NCBI GenBank assembly: GCA_002505405.1
Contig: DAVD01000027.1
Span: 5,336-69,335 of the forward strand
DNA length: 64,000 bases
Direction of reading: 5' to 3'
From: Candidatus Poseidonia alphae
GTDB lineage: Archaea > Thermoplasmatota > Poseidoniia > Poseidoniales > Poseidoniaceae
The notes under the pieces: model-generated
What the model saw: only the letters and a program-made list of their open reading frames with translations
Told to the model about the DNA's origin: nothing
Database searches by the model: none
Position numbers and translations under genes: made by a program
Part shown: positions 63,139 through 64,000 of the stretch, in pieces
Numbering within the stretch: position 1 is the first letter of the stretch
Layout of the letters: each line of letters starts with the position of its first letter

Positions 63139-64000
63139 ATGGCGCAACATCCTAATCTTGAGAACAAACGCCCCGCTAGTTCCATCTCAGTTGTCTTCTT
63201 GCTGGTTTTATCCTCCCTCGTGGCATTAAGCGCTCCAAGTGTTTCTGCGGTTGGACCAAACCAGAACGACCTCAATTCTGGTGGTGATTTACCGGATAAT
63301 ACGACGGTGAACATCACGAATTACATCTTCTCAGGCTCCTACAACGGAAACGGTGAACTTGACTACGGGGACGATTCAGATTACCTGAAAGTTGCATTGT
63401 CCGCAACTCAAGGACTCTCAGCCTCACTTTCATTCCCGTCGACGACGACCTTTTCAAATGGAACAACCGTCACCAATGATTTTGACCTTCTGTTTTTCGA
63501 TTCCTCGCTGAATTATTTGGATGATTCGTACGCTTACAATCCTGAGACGCTCACAACAAATACCACTGGGTCCACCGGAGGAATGGTCTACATCCAAATT
63601 TACCGATATGCCGGTGCAGGTACTTGGAATCTTACCTTGAACAAATTCACCGTCAGTAGCGGCACAGGAGGTAATGGTACCGGTGGTAGCGGAAGTTCCA
63701 TCACAAATTGTTCAGGAAATGGGACAACCGCCCCAGACATCCTTGAACCCAATGACTCCATGACAGCAGCGACGTCTGCTTCACTGCTTCCGTTGTTTTG
63801 CTCAGGCCTTTCCATTCATTCATCCAGTGACGAAGACTTCTTTGAAATCGATATGATCTCAGGAGTCACCTATTACGTGAACTTGACCTTCACTCATGCT
63901 AACGGTGACATTGATGGGCAGTGGATGGACTCCAGCGGCAGTTCCCTTAGTCTAGCTGGATTTGGTTCGCTTGGTTCTGGATCCGATAACGAAGCGGCTT
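63139..64000 (+). CDS. Secreted protein with PPC (pre-peptidase C-terminal)-like repeats, 3'-truncated by the window edge
   Basis: The frame is open to the window end (MAQHPNLEN...signal peptide...DDSDYLKV...DFDLLFFD...EPNDS...DEDFFEI...GDID). It is absent from the ORF track because it has no stop in the window. Confidence 0.8.
   Translation, partial: MAQHPNLENKRPASSISVVFLLVLSSLVALSAPSVSAVGPNQNDLNSGGDLPDNTTVNITNYIFSGSYNGNGELDYGDDSDYLKVALSATQGLSASLSFPSTTTFSNGTTVTNDFDLLFFDSSLNYLDDSYAYNPETLTTNTTGSTGGMVYIQIYRYAGAGTWNLTLNKFTVSSGTGGNGTGGSGSSITNCSGNGTTAPDILEPNDSMTAATSASLLPLFCSGLSIHSSSDEDFFEIDMISGVTYYVNLTFTHANGDIDGQWMDSSGSSLSLAGFGSLGSGSDNEAA

Overview
64-kb chromosomal segment of a marine heterotrophic archaeon, most likely Marine Group II / Poseidoniales (Thermoplasmata). 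The call rests on the archaeal RNAP operon rpoH-B-A'-A''-rpl30e, a Pop5-like protein, an XPD helicase, GAGGTGA ribosome-binding sites and giant TSP3-repeat surface proteins mixed with bacterial-type metabolic genes. In order, the window holds: class Ia ribonucleotide reductase (nrdB, nrdA); lipA plus a branched-chain 2-oxoacid dehydrogenase operon; tRNA-Leu(TAA); 991-aa and 2971-aa surface proteins; XPD/Rad3; an RHH regulator; gdhA; a propeller/TSP3 protein; the RNA polymerase operon; tRNA-Lys(TTT); a HemK-BirA fusion; a divergent FtsZ; a Rieske/cytochrome b operon whose subunit IV is fused to an Hdr-like Fe-S/CCG module; a convergent asnB-like/gshA/saccharopine-dehydrogenase/ferredoxin cluster; and methylmalonyl/propionyl-CoA genes. 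The most notable observations are (1) an unannotated ~290-nt, almost fully base-paired RNA-like element at 25437-25726 with a perfect 7-nt loop-loop (kissing) complement, (2) the same novel N-terminal domain added to both RpoH and RpoA'', alongside remodelled Zn sites in RNAP, and (3) a Rieske/cyt b-heterodisulfide-reductase-like fusion facing a putative small-thiol biosynthesis cluster. No CRISPR array, rRNA or transposase was seen. All calls come from motif reading by eye; no searches were run.
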